Shown here one piece after another: positions 1-8,885 of a DNA stretch of 64,000 nucleotides. The position numbers and the translations under genes were made by a program. Position 1 is the first letter of the stretch. The number at the start of each line of letters is the position of its first letter. This stretch comes from Candidatus Eiseniibacteriota bacterium (GTDB taxonomy: Bacteria > Eisenbacteria > RBG-16-71-46), in contig CAVUWA010000002.1 of assembly GCA_963744995.1 (NCBI GenBank), forward strand, positions 832,001 through 896,000, written 5' to 3'. The notes under the pieces were generated by a model, which worked only from the letters and a program-made list of their open reading frames with translations, was not told the DNA's origin and did no database searches.

Positions 1-234
1 GCGGGCGATCAGGTCACGGGCGCCGAGGTAGGGCTCGACGGCGTGCGCCACCGACTGCAGCTCGCGCAGCGTGAGGCCGCGCTGTTCGAGCGCGGCGACC
101 CGGACGTGCATCAGCTCGCTGAAGTCGGCCATGTCGCGGGTGGTGAGCGACAGGTCCGGCAACTCGAAGTGGGCGCCGAGGATCGGCCAGATTTCGGGCG
201 CGAGCACGCCCTCCAGATCGATGGCGAAGATCAT
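1..234 (-). CDS. thrH: Phosphoserine phosphatase/homoserine phosphotransferase (HAD family), 5' part; runs off the window edge
   Basis: Not in the ORF track. Manual translation from ATG 234: MIFAIDLEGVLAPEIWPILGAHFELPDLSLTTRDMADFSELMHVRVAALEQRGLTLRELQ..., matching the ThrH DLEGVLxPEIW...TTRD signature. Confidence 0.85.
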   Translation of the reverse strand, partial: MIFAIDLEGVLAPEIWPILGAHFELPDLSLTTRDMADFSELMHVRVAALEQRGLTLRELQSVAHAVEPYLGARDLIAR

Positions 235-358
235 GAGGCGCAGGAAGATAGCCGTCCGGGCCCGGGTCCGCAAACGGGGCCGGAGAGAGCGCTGGCGGCG
301 GTCCTGGAGCGGTTGCCGCGGACTGGCATTTTGCCTGCTCCGGCCGATGAATCTTCAG

Positions 359-387
359 TTGCAAGTCAATATCGCCGAATATATCAT
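359..387 (+). promoter_or_regulatory. Sigma70-type promoter for lrp-lat, probably leaderless
   Basis: TTGCAA(359-364)-N17-TATCAT(382-387) in an AT-rich patch; ATG at 394 is 6 nt after the -10; no SD. Confidence 0.6.
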
Positions 388-393
388 TGCCAC

Positions 394-891
394 ATGGCCA
401 CAAAGGTGAACATCAGCCAGTCTCTGGACGAGAGGGACCGTCAGATCCTCGGACTCGTGCAGCGTGACGCCCGGCTCGCGCAGGCGGAGATCGCGCGCCG
501 CGTCGGGCTCTCGCCGGCCGCCGTCAACGAGCGTCTCAAGAAGCTCGAGAACGCCGGCGTGATCCGGCGCTCGGTAGCCATCGTGGATCCGCAGGCGGTG
601 GGCGTCACGGTGACCGCGTTCGTCGAAGTGTTCATGGAGCATCCGCGCTTCGAGAGTCCGTTCCTCGATCACGTGCTCCAGCTCGAAGAAGTCCAGGAGT
701 GCCATCACATCACCGGCGAGTTTTCGCTGCTGCTCAAGGTGCGCGTCGCCGACATGGAGTCGCTGCGCGACCTGCTGCTGCACCATTTCAACGGCATGGA
801 CGGTGTCCGTCAGACCCGGACCATCATGGTCCTCTCCACCGTCAAGGAGGAGACGTACGTGGCGACGGGTGCAAAAGGAGAGATGCCATGA
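394..891 (+). CDS. Lrp/AsnC family transcriptional regulator
   Basis: LDERDRQILGLVQRDAR..AEIARRVGLS..AVNERLKKLENAGVI HTH plus RAM domain (ECHHITGEFSLLLKV); start trimmed from track ORF 43..891. Confidence 0.93.
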   Translation: MATKVNISQSLDERDRQILGLVQRDARLAQAEIARRVGLSPAAVNERLKKLENAGVIRRSVAIVDPQAVGVTVTAFVEVFMEHPRFESPFLDHVLQLEEVQECHHITGEFSLLLKVRVADMESLRDLLLHHFNGMDGVRQTRTIMVLSTVKEETYVATGAKGEMP

Positions 892-2243
892 ACGCGAAGA
901 AGAAGACCGGGGCGATCGCCCCGGGCGACGTCCACGAGGTCCTGCACCGCCACATGCTGGCCGACGGCTACGACCTCGTCCTCGACCTCGAGAAGAGCCA
1001 CGGGCGCCAGCTCTACGACTCGCGCCACGACCGCTGGCTGCTGGACATGTTCTCTGCGTTCGCCACGCTGCCGGTGGGCTTCAATCATCCGAAGCTCGAA
1101 GATCCGGATTTTCAGCGCAAGCTGCTGCGCGCGGCGCTCACCAACCCGGCCAACTCGGACCTCTATACGATCGAGCTGGCGGAATTCGTGCAGGCGTTCG
1201 AGACGTACGCGATGCCCGGCTACCTGCCGCACCTGTTCCTGGTGGCCGGCGGCTCGATGGGCGTCGAGAACGCGCTCAAGGCCGCCTTCGACTGGAAGGT
1301 GCGCCGCAACCTCCGCAAAGGGCTGAAGACCGAGAAGGGTCATCAGGTGATCCACTTCAAGGGCGCCTTCCACGGGCGCTCGGGCTACACGCTGTCGCTC
1401 ACCAATACGTTCGACCCGCGCAAGTACCAGTACTTCCCGCGCTTCGACTGGCCGCGGATCACGAACCCGATGCTGCGCTTCCCGGTGGACGAGGCCGAGG
1501 TCGAGCGCGTGAAGCAGGCCGAGGCGCAGGCGGCGGGCGAAATCAAGCGCGCGCTGCACGAAAATCCCGACGACGTCGCCTGCATCCTGATCGAGCCCGT
1601 TCAGGCGGAGGGCGGCGACCATCACTTCCGGCCCGAGTTCATGCGCACCCTGCGGCAGCTCGCCGACGAAAACGACGTCATGCTGATCTTCGACGAAGTG
1701 CAGACCGGCATGGGCCTCACCGGCCGCATGTGGGCGCATCAGCACACCGACGTGCGGCCCGACGCGATCGCGTTCGGCAAGAAGGCGCAGGTCTGCGGCA
1801 TGATGGCCGGACCGCGCTTCGACGACGAGCCCGAGAACGTGTTCAAGGTATCGAGCCGCATCAACTCGACCTGGGGCGGGAACCTGGTGGACATGGTGCG
1901 CAGCCAGCGCTATCTCGAAATCATGGCCGAGGAGAAGCTGATCGAGAACGCCGCCACGGTGGGGGCCCACCTGCTCGCCGGGCTTCAGCGCATGCAGGCC
2001 GACGATCCGGAGACGTTCAGCAATGCACGGGGCGTGGGTCTCATGTGCGCCATCGACCTGCCCGACACGGCGACGCGCGGCGTCACGCGGGAAAAGGCCT
2101 ACGAGATGGGCATGCTGATCCTGCCGTGCGGCGAGCGCTCGTTGCGCTTCCGCCCGCCGCTCGACGTGACCAGGGAAGAGGCCGACCAGGCGCTGGAGAT
2201 CCTCGCCGAAGCCGCACGCAAGGCGCGCGTGCGCTCGGCCTAG
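888..2243 (+). CDS. lat: L-lysine 6-transaminase (class III PLP aminotransferase)
   Basis: HMLADG, NPANSDLY, VENALKAAFDWK, FHGRSGYTLSLTNT, FDEVQTG, FGKK, SSRINSTWGGNLVDMVR; ATGA overlap with the lrp stop. Confidence 0.92.
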   Translation: MNAKKKTGAIAPGDVHEVLHRHMLADGYDLVLDLEKSHGRQLYDSRHDRWLLDMFSAFATLPVGFNHPKLEDPDFQRKLLRAALTNPANSDLYTIELAEFVQAFETYAMPGYLPHLFLVAGGSMGVENALKAAFDWKVRRNLRKGLKTEKGHQVIHFKGAFHGRSGYTLSLTNTFDPRKYQYFPRFDWPRITNPMLRFPVDEAEVERVKQAEAQAAGEIKRALHENPDDVACILIEPVQAEGGDHHFRPEFMRTLRQLADENDVMLIFDEVQTGMGLTGRMWAHQHTDVRPDAIAFGKKAQVCGMMAGPRFDDEPENVFKVSSRINSTWGGNLVDMVRSQRYLEIMAEEKLIENAATVGAHLLAGLQRMQADDPETFSNARGVGLMCAIDLPDTATRGVTREKAYEMGMLILPCGERSLRFRPPLDVTREEADQALEILAEAARKARVRSA

Positions 2244-2269
2244 GTTCCGTCTGAGAGCGTTTCCGTTCG

Positions 2270-2302
2270 GGCCGCCGGTCTTCGGGCCGGCGGCCTTTCT
2301 TT
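2270..2302 (+). terminator. Rho-independent terminator after lat
   Basis: GGCCGCCGGTC-TTCG-GGCCGGCGGCC stem with a cUUCGg loop, followed by TTTCTTT. Confidence 0.85.
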
Positions 2303-2334
2303 CGGCCGCGCGCCCGGTCCCGTAGGATGCGCGC

Positions 2335-3828
2335 ATGAACGCTTCCCGACCCCTGCGCGATTCCGCGGCCGTGGTGCTGGTCCGCGGGGCCGGAGAGGCG
2401 CTCGAGACGTTCTGGACCCTGCGCGGCGACGCGGTGAGCTTCATGCCGGGGTTCCGCTCGTTCATCGGGGGCAAGGTCGACGCCGAGGACGCCGATCTCG
2501 AAGTCGCCGGCGCCCGCGACGACGCCGAGCGCATGCTCATGGCCTGCGCGATCCGCGAAGCGTTCGAAGAGGCCGGCGTGCTGGTCGCGCTCGACGGCAC
2601 GCCGTCGCTCGAGGCGGCCGCCGAGGCGCGCGCGCAGCTGCTCGCGGGCGCCGCGCGGTTCCCGGACCTCGCCCGCGCGCGCGGCTGGCGTTTCCGCGCC
2701 GACGGGCTGGCGTTCGCCGGGCGCTGGCAGACGCCGCCGTTCTCCGCCCTGCGCTTCGATACCGTGTACTACGTCGCGCGCGTACCGGACGGCCAGTCGC
2801 CTTCGATCGTGCCCGGCGAGCTCGCGAGCGGAGAATGGGTGCGGCCGATCATCGCGCTCGATCGCTGGCGGCACGGCGAGGGCACCTTCGCGGCGCCGAT
2901 CCTGTGGACGCTGATCGCACTCGCCGAGGGCGACGCGGATCTCGGCGGGCGCCTCGCGCTCGGGCCCGAGCGCGCGCACACCCCGGTCCGGCGGATCGAA
3001 CTGCGCTGGGGGATCGTCCTCCACCCGATGAAAACACGGCCCCTGCCGCCTGCCACCCACACCAACACCTACCTCGTCGGCGAGCGCGAGATGATGCTCG
3101 TGGACCCGGGCGGCGACGAGCCCGCCGATCTCGAGGCGCTGTTCGCGTTGCTCGATGCGCTCGCCAGCGAAGGCCGCACGCTCAAGCTGATCGTCGCGAC
3201 GCATCACCACGCGGACCACGTGGCCGGAATCGAGGCCGTGCGCAGGCGTCATCCGGTGCCGGTCGCGGCGCATGCCGAGACCGCGAAACGCGTCCGCGCC
3301 GACTTCACGGTCGCGGACGGCGAGTGGCTGCCGCTCGCGCCAGGGCTGGGCGACTGGAACCTCCAGGCCATTCACACGCCCGGCCACGCGCGCGGCCACC
3401 TGTGCCTGTGGCACCCGCGCACGCGCTCGCTGTTCACGGGCGACCACATTCCGGGCGGGCGCGGCACGGTGATCGTGGACCCGCCCGACGGGAACATGGG
3501 CGACTACATGCGCTCGCTCGAGCGCCTCGCCGGACTGGGTGCCAGCGCGCTGTTCCCCGGGCACGGCTCGCCGCAGGGCGCCGTCGAGCGCCGGATCCGC
3601 GGGCTGCTCGCGCACCGCCTGGAGCGCGAGGCGAAGGTGCTGGCCGCGCTGGGCGCGACGCCGGCGACGCCGCGGGGGCTGGTCGAGCGCGCCTACGCGG
3701 ACACGAAGCGTGATCTGTGGGGCTACGCCGAGCGCTCGCTCATCGCGCACCTCGAGAAGCTCGAGGCCGAGGGCCGTGCGATGCGGACGCCGGACGGACG
3801 CTGGGCGGCGGTTCGATCCGGCGCCTGA
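2335..3828 (+). CDS. Nudix hydrolase fused to a LACTB2-like metallo-beta-lactamase fold and a C-terminal winged helix
   Basis: Nudix box GGKVDAED..ACAIREAFEEAG; MBL motifs THHHADH, HTPGH, FTGDH, PGHG; C-terminal AERSLIAHLEKLEAEGR. Confidence 0.85.
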   Translation: MNASRPLRDSAAVVLVRGAGEALETFWTLRGDAVSFMPGFRSFIGGKVDAEDADLEVAGARDDAERMLMACAIREAFEEAGVLVALDGTPSLEAAAEARAQLLAGAARFPDLARARGWRFRADGLAFAGRWQTPPFSALRFDTVYYVARVPDGQSPSIVPGELASGEWVRPIIALDRWRHGEGTFAAPILWTLIALAEGDADLGGRLALGPERAHTPVRRIELRWGIVLHPMKTRPLPPATHTNTYLVGEREMMLVDPGGDEPADLEALFALLDALASEGRTLKLIVATHHHADHVAGIEAVRRRHPVPVAAHAETAKRVRADFTVADGEWLPLAPGLGDWNLQAIHTPGHARGHLCLWHPRTRSLFTGDHIPGGRGTVIVDPPDGNMGDYMRSLERLAGLGASALFPGHGSPQGAVERRIRGLLAHRLEREAKVLAALGATPATPRGLVERAYADTKRDLWGYAERSLIAHLEKLEAEGRAMRTPDGRWAAVRSGA

Positions 3829-3843
3829 AGCGCGTTCGCCGAC

Positions 3844-4926
3844 TCAGGCGACGAGCCGGCGTTCCCCGCCGGAGGCCTGGAGCGGAACCCGGATGATGAA
3901 ACGCACGCCGGAAGGATCCGCTTCCGCCCGGAGATCGCCGCCGTTCTGCACCGCGGACTCCATGGCGATCGCGAGCCCGAGGCCGTGTCCTTCGGAGTGG
4001 TGATCGAGATCTTTCACCCAGAACGGCGTGAACGCCTCGCGCAGCATCTCCGCATCCGGCATGGGCCCCTCGTTCTCGACCATGATCTCGGCGACTCCGC
4101 CGTTGCGGCTCACGACCACGCGGATCCGGCCGCCGGCCGGCGTCGCGGCCAGCGCGTTCTCGAAGATTTCGCCGAAGGTGTTCTGGACGAACCTGCCGTC
4201 GACTTCGACGATGGTCTGCGCGTCGAGCTCCGCTTCGAGGCTCAGCCCGCGGGTGCGGATCGCTTCCTGCACTGCATTCAGCCGGTCGCGGATGACCGTC
4301 TCGAGCAGGGTCGGCGCCGGCGCGCCCTCGCTCCTGCCCGTGCGCAGGTTGTTGAGCATCACGGTGCGATCGATGAGGCGCCGCAGCCGTCCCGATGCCT
4401 GATGCGCCATCTCGACCAGCTCGCTCTGCCGCGCCGTCATCGAGTCGCCGCTCGACAGGAGCTCGAGCGCGCCGGCGATGATCGAGATCGGCGTCTGGGT
4501 CTCGTGCCTGAGGAGCGTGATCAGTGCGCCCCGCATCTGTTCCACCTCTTCCACGGATTTGAGCCGCGAGTAGACCCGCACCTTCGCCAGCAGCTCGTCG
4601 GCGCTGAACGGTTTCGTCAGGTAGTCGTCGGCGCCGGCCTGATAGCCCTCCAGCCGCTCACGGGTCATGGCTCTCGCGGAGACCATGATCACCTTCGGGA
4701 ACCCGGCGATCCGCCCCGCGCGCAGCCTGCGGCACGTCTCGTAGCCGTCGATGCCCGGCATCATGATGTCGAGCAGGATGAGATCCGGCCGGAACGACGC
4801 GGCGATCTCGAGCGCCTCCTCACCGCTGGTGGTGCTGCTATGGAGATAGGCGTCGCCCAGGATCTTCTCCATGATGAAGAGGTTCCGGGGATTGTCGTCA
4901 ACGAGCAGGACGCGCTGCAGTCTCAT
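3844..4926 (-). CDS. Hybrid response regulator / histidine kinase (REC-HisKA-HATPase)
   Basis: [26 protein letters not shown]-box [19 protein letters not shown] 4926 overlaps the upstream stop (alternative GTG at 4935). Confidence 0.88.
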   Translation of the reverse strand: MRLQRVLLVDDNPRNLFIMEKILGDAYLHSSTTSGEEALEIAASFRPDLILLDIMMPGIDGYETCRRLRAGRIAGFPKVIMVSARAMTRERLEGYQAGADDYLTKPFSADELLAKVRVYSRLKSVEEVEQMRGALITLLRHETQTPISIIAGALELLSSGDSMTARQSELVEMAHQASGRLRRLIDRTVMLNNLRTGRSEGAPAPTLLETVIRDRLNAVQEAIRTRGLSLEAELDAQTIVEVDGRFVQNTFGEIFENALAATPAGGRIRVVVSRNGGVAEIMVENEGPMPDAEMLREAFTPFWVKDLDHHSEGHGLGLAIAMESAVQNGGDLRAEADPSGVRFIIRVPLQASGGERRLVA

Positions 4927-6284
4927 GGGGCGCACTCCCCGACGGCGTTCGCGGAGCCGGCGCGAGCCGGCGGCACTTCCTGCGGATCGATCGGGAATTC
5001 GAGATGGAACGCGGTTCCCGTCTCGGTGTTTTGGGCCCAGATGCGGCCGTCGTGATCGACGACGATCTGACGCGAGATCGCCAGACCCAGCCCCGTACCG
5101 CCGGCGCCGCTCTTGGTCTTGCTCGACTGCACGAATTTGTCGAACACGGACTCCAGCTCTTCCTCCGGAATCCCGGGGCCGTCGTCCGTGATCGTGATGC
5201 AGGCCCGGGGAGGATCCTTCGTGAGACCCGCGGAGAGGGTGATCCGGGTGCGGGCGAACCGCATCGCGTTGCTGATGACGTTGCGGACGACCTGTGCGAG
5301 GCGGGTCGGGTCGCCGACGAAAGGGATGCTCTCGATCGTGGCGGGCGTCTCGAGGGTCAGCTGGCGTTCGAGGAGTCGTCCCTCGAATTCTTCGGCCACC
5401 TGGTGAACGGTGTCGATCAGGTCCATCCGCGCCAGCTCGTAGACCGTGCGCCCGGACTCCAGTCGCGACAGGTCCAGGAGGTCGTTCAGCAGCGTCAGCA
5501 GCATGCTGCCGCTGTCGTGGATGTGCTCGAAATACCGCACGTACGACGCATCGGGGTGCCGCTCCGCGGCTTCGCGGCGGCCGAAGTCGGCGAAGCTCAG
5601 AACGCCGTGCAGGGGCGTACGCAGCTCGTGCGACATGTTGGCGAGGAACTCGCTCTTGGCGCGATTCGCGCTCTCGGCCTGTTCCTTGGCCTGGCGCAGG
5701 GCGAGGTTGGCTTCGGTGAGCGCGGCCGTGCGCCGCCGCACCTCCAGTTCGAGCTTCTGCTCGTCGACCTTCCGGTCGCTCACGTTGCGGATGATGATCA
5801 GGATCACGTCGCCGACCTGCGGGAGCAGGCGGGCCTCGTAGTAGTGCTCGCGGGTGCCGTGATTCAGGGAGTACTCGATCGACACCGGACCCTGCGACTC
5901 ACGGACGACATCGAGCGCGTTGACGAACGCCACGCTGGCGGAGGCATTTGGCACGGACTGCACGAAGCGGCCGCGCAGATCGATGTCCTTGCGCAGGAGG
6001 TCGTCGGTCTTTCCCACGAGATAGCTCAGGATGCGGCCGTCGGCCGAGATCCAGAGCAGGAGGTCGGGAATGGCCTGCAGGATGCCCTGGATCTCCGAGT
6101 TCACCTGCATCAGCTCGTTGGAGCTGATCTCGATCGAGCGCTCGAGCAGGTGTCGGTCGCGGTCGGCGCCGTCGTAGGTAGCGCTCACGGCCTCCAGCAG
6201 TCGCTCCAGCGGCGGCGGCATCCCGTCGGTCGGGCCCAGGTACCTGGCGACCTGGCGGGCCAGTGTGGGGTGGACGTCGTTCAT
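4923..6284 (-). CDS. Cytoplasmic PAS-domain sensor histidine kinase
   Basis: [38 protein letters not shown]; no TM segment; ATG 6284 overlaps the FIST gene stop (ATGA). Confidence 0.9.
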   Translation of the reverse strand: MNDVHPTLARQVARYLGPTDGMPPPLERLLEAVSATYDGADRDRHLLERSIEISSNELMQVNSEIQGILQAIPDLLLWISADGRILSYLVGKTDDLLRKDIDLRGRFVQSVPNASASVAFVNALDVVRESQGPVSIEYSLNHGTREHYYEARLLPQVGDVILIIIRNVSDRKVDEQKLELEVRRRTAALTEANLALRQAKEQAESANRAKSEFLANMSHELRTPLHGVLSFADFGRREAAERHPDASYVRYFEHIHDSGSMLLTLLNDLLDLSRLESGRTVYELARMDLIDTVHQVAEEFEGRLLERQLTLETPATIESIPFVGDPTRLAQVVRNVISNAMRFARTRITLSAGLTKDPPRACITITDDGPGIPEEELESVFDKFVQSSKTKSGAGGTGLGLAISRQIVVDHDGRIWAQNTETGTAFHLEFPIDPQEVPPARAGSANAVGECAP

Positions 6285-7423
6285 GCCGCCCGTTCTCGAA
6301 GGGTCGTGACGCACATGGTCTGGTTGTTGAGCTCGCAGCGCGAGCCGCCGTGGACGGGGGAGATCTCCCCGTACGAATAGAAGCCGGTCAGCGGCGTGTC
6401 GTTCCCGAGCACTTCGCGAACCGCGTCGATCTCCTCCTCGATCCGCTGGCCGAGGACCATCTTGCGGCCGACGCAGCTGATGAGCAGAGCCAGCTGTGCG
6501 GACCCGTCGGCGTGCACCGGCGTCGTCGCCTGCGCGGCATCGTGCGCCCCGGAAATCAGCCGGTCGAAGTTGGAGCACATCAGGCGCGCGCTGGAGCCCT
6601 GAGTCACGTCGCCCGCGAACGTCAGCGCGCCGGCCTCCTCGTCGATGCCGAGCAGCGTCCGCACCACTGCCGGCTCGCCGTCGTCCATCACGACGCTCAG
6701 CGGGAACAGCAGGCCCGTCGCCGGCAGGCCGTCTGCATAATCGCCGAGGTATGTGCGGTACAGATCCAGCGCCGGTTTGCCGTCGAACTCGAAGACGACG
6801 TTGCCTTCCGCTCGGGTCACCCGGCGCAGGGGACCGAAGGGGTCCCACCCGCCCATGGCGGAGAATCCCACGTCGAGGGCTCTGCCGTAGAAGCCGACCG
6901 CCACGACCGAACGGTCGTGCAGGGTGTCGTTCCAGAGCACGCGTGTCGTGCCGAAGCGCTCGCCGTCGCCCGAGAGCCCCCCGGTGACACGGACGGATGC
7001 GGGCAGAGCGGCGGTGAGGCCGCGCACCAGCTGACTGCCGTTGACGTTGAGACCGTCCGACAGCACCACCACGTGTCGGAGGTCGTCGCCGAGGAGCCGC
7101 GCTCCGATGCGCAGACCGATGCCTTCGCTGTCATCGGGGTCGCGGAGGGTCTCGATGGTGCCGCGGGCTTCCGACGCGGAAAATCGTATCGCCGTGCTGA
7201 CCACGGTGTCGTCGAGCACCCGAGGTCCGGCGATCTCTCCGGCGGTCGTACAGCCGACGATCAGCGCGTCCGGGTGTGACGCCCGCAGATCGGACAGCAC
7301 CCTGTTCTTCGCGAGCGCATCACGGCCTCCGAAGACGAGAACCAGATCGGCCCCGGCGTCCCCGGCGCTCCGCGCCCCCTGCCAGCCGGAGGACTCCGCC
7401 CGGATCGATTGTGAAATCTTCAT
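6281..7423 (-). CDS. FIST-N/FIST-C domain sensory protein (NosP-like)
   Basis: [60 protein letters not shown] 8 nt before ATG 7423. Confidence 0.9.
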   Translation of the reverse strand: MKISQSIRAESSGWQGARSAGDAGADLVLVFGGRDALAKNRVLSDLRASHPDALIVGCTTAGEIAGPRVLDDTVVSTAIRFSASEARGTIETLRDPDDSEGIGLRIGARLLGDDLRHVVVLSDGLNVNGSQLVRGLTAALPASVRVTGGLSGDGERFGTTRVLWNDTLHDRSVVAVGFYGRALDVGFSAMGGWDPFGPLRRVTRAEGNVVFEFDGKPALDLYRTYLGDYADGLPATGLLFPLSVVMDDGEPAVVRTLLGIDEEAGALTFAGDVTQGSSARLMCSNFDRLISGAHDAAQATTPVHADGSAQLALLISCVGRKMVLGQRIEEEIDAVREVLGNDTPLTGFYSYGEISPVHGGSRCELNNQTMCVTTLRERAA

Positions 7424-7673
7424 CGACACACCCTCCAGGGCGCCCGTCCGGCGGACGCGGCCGCAGCGCTGCGCTCCGCGCCGGTCGGACCACCGGCCGG
7501 AAGGAGGCCGGCACGAGCACGGCCATCCCGGCGACCGAACGGCTCAGGTCGCCGGGGATCCGTCCGTCCAATGCGTCCCATCCCCGGGGTCATCGTGTCC
7601 TCTCGGGTTCGGCGGCCAGGCCGCATGATTCCCGGAGGTTATCGGTGATCACGGCGGGGGACTTGAGATGGGA

Positions 7674-8453
7674 TCAGCCGTGCGGGAACAGCGACAGGTA
7701 GGCGTGGACCCACTGGCCGCCCCACAGGAACGCGATGATGGCGGCAGGGCAGAGCAGGGTGCCGAACGGGATCGCCGTGAACCCGTCGCCCCGGCGGCGC
7801 GCGATCAAAATGCCGCCCCACAGGCTCCCCGCGAGGGCGGCGAGGAACAGCGTGAGCAGCGAGAGCTGCCAGCCCAGCACGACGCCGAACATGGCCGCGA
7901 GCTTGATGTCGCCCCCGCCCATGCCTTCGACGCCGCGGAACTTGAGATAGCCCCAGCCGAGCAGCCACAGCAGCCCGCTGCCGAGCAGCACGCCCAGCAG
8001 CGCGTGGCGGGCGCCGTGCGGCCACTGCAGTACCGCCGCCAGTGCCAGCAGGGTGCCGGGAAAGGTGAGCACGTCGGGCAGCAGCTGGAAGTCGAGATCG
8101 ATCCACATGAGCGCGATCAACAGCACTCCCCAGAGGGCCAGAAACGGGAGGTCGAATCCGGGGCCGATCTGCCGATAAAGAAGGACGAGCCAGGCCGCGC
8201 ACAGCAGCTCGGTGAGCGGGTAACGCCAGCTGACGCGCGTGCCGCAGTGGCGGCAACGGCCGCGCGCGGCGAGCCAAGAGGCCACCGGGATCAGATCGAG
8301 GAAGCCGAGCGTCGTGCCGCACGAGGTGCAGGCCGAGCGGCCATGGATCCATGAGATGCCGCGAGGCACGCGCCAGGCGATCGCGCTGACCGCGCTGCCC
8401 AGCACCAGGCCGAAGAGACCCAGAGCGATGAGAATGAACGTGTCGAGCGTCAT
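7674..8453 (-). CDS. pilD: Type IV prepilin peptidase / N-methyltransferase
   Basis: RSACTSC..RGRCRHC Zn motif, IDLDFQLLPD and GMGGGDIKL aspartates, IPFGTLL. Confidence 0.95.
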   Translation of the reverse strand: MTLDTFILIALGLFGLVLGSAVSAIAWRVPRGISWIHGRSACTSCGTTLGFLDLIPVASWLAARGRCRHCGTRVSWRYPLTELLCAAWLVLLYRQIGPGFDLPFLALWGVLLIALMWIDLDFQLLPDVLTFPGTLLALAAVLQWPHGARHALLGVLLGSGLLWLLGWGYLKFRGVEGMGGGDIKLAAMFGVVLGWQLSLLTLFLAALAGSLWGGILIARRRGDGFTAIPFGTLLCPAAIIAFLWGGQWVHAYLSLFPHG

Positions 8454-8552
8454 GCGGGGCGGAACGCCTTGCGCCCGTTGAACGAGCCACGACCATCTGC
8501 GATCATACGCAGCGTGACGCGGACCGCGCGAGTCATGTCAGAGGTGCTCAGC

Positions 8553-8876
8553 ATGAGGATCGTCCTGTTCCTCGCCGTCGTCGCCAACAGCTTCGATCTG
8601 GTGGCGACCGCACTCGGGATCCACTGGTTCGGCAACCGCGAGGGCAACCCGCTGCTCGCCTCGATGGCGCATCACCAGTGGCTGCTGTTCGTCGCGTTCA
8701 AAGGGCTGATCGTGCCGCTGCTGATCGTGAGCCTGTACCGATCGCGGCATCATACCCCGCTGTTGTCGGCCGCGGGACTCGGAATCGTGACCGTGGCGCT
8801 GACCGTCGCGGTGGGCCAGTGGGTGGGCTGGATGGCCGGTGTCGTGCACGTGGGCGGTCTGCTGCTGCATTCATGA
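8553..8876 (+). CDS. Small membrane protein, DUF5658-like
   Basis: NSFDLVAT..REGNPLL..FVAFKGL pattern; three hydrophobic segments; GAGGTG before ATG 8553. Confidence 0.65.
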   Translation: MRIVLFLAVVANSFDLVATALGIHWFGNREGNPLLASMAHHQWLLFVAFKGLIVPLLIVSLYRSRHHTPLLSAAGLGIVTVALTVAVGQWVGWMAGVVHVGGLLLHS

Positions 8877-8885
8877 GCGGCCCGG

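Noticed and set aside
8698..8885. CHAT C-terminal extension overlapping the DUF5658-like gene
   Set aside because: Low-complexity antisense read-through, better explained by the frameshift near 8940
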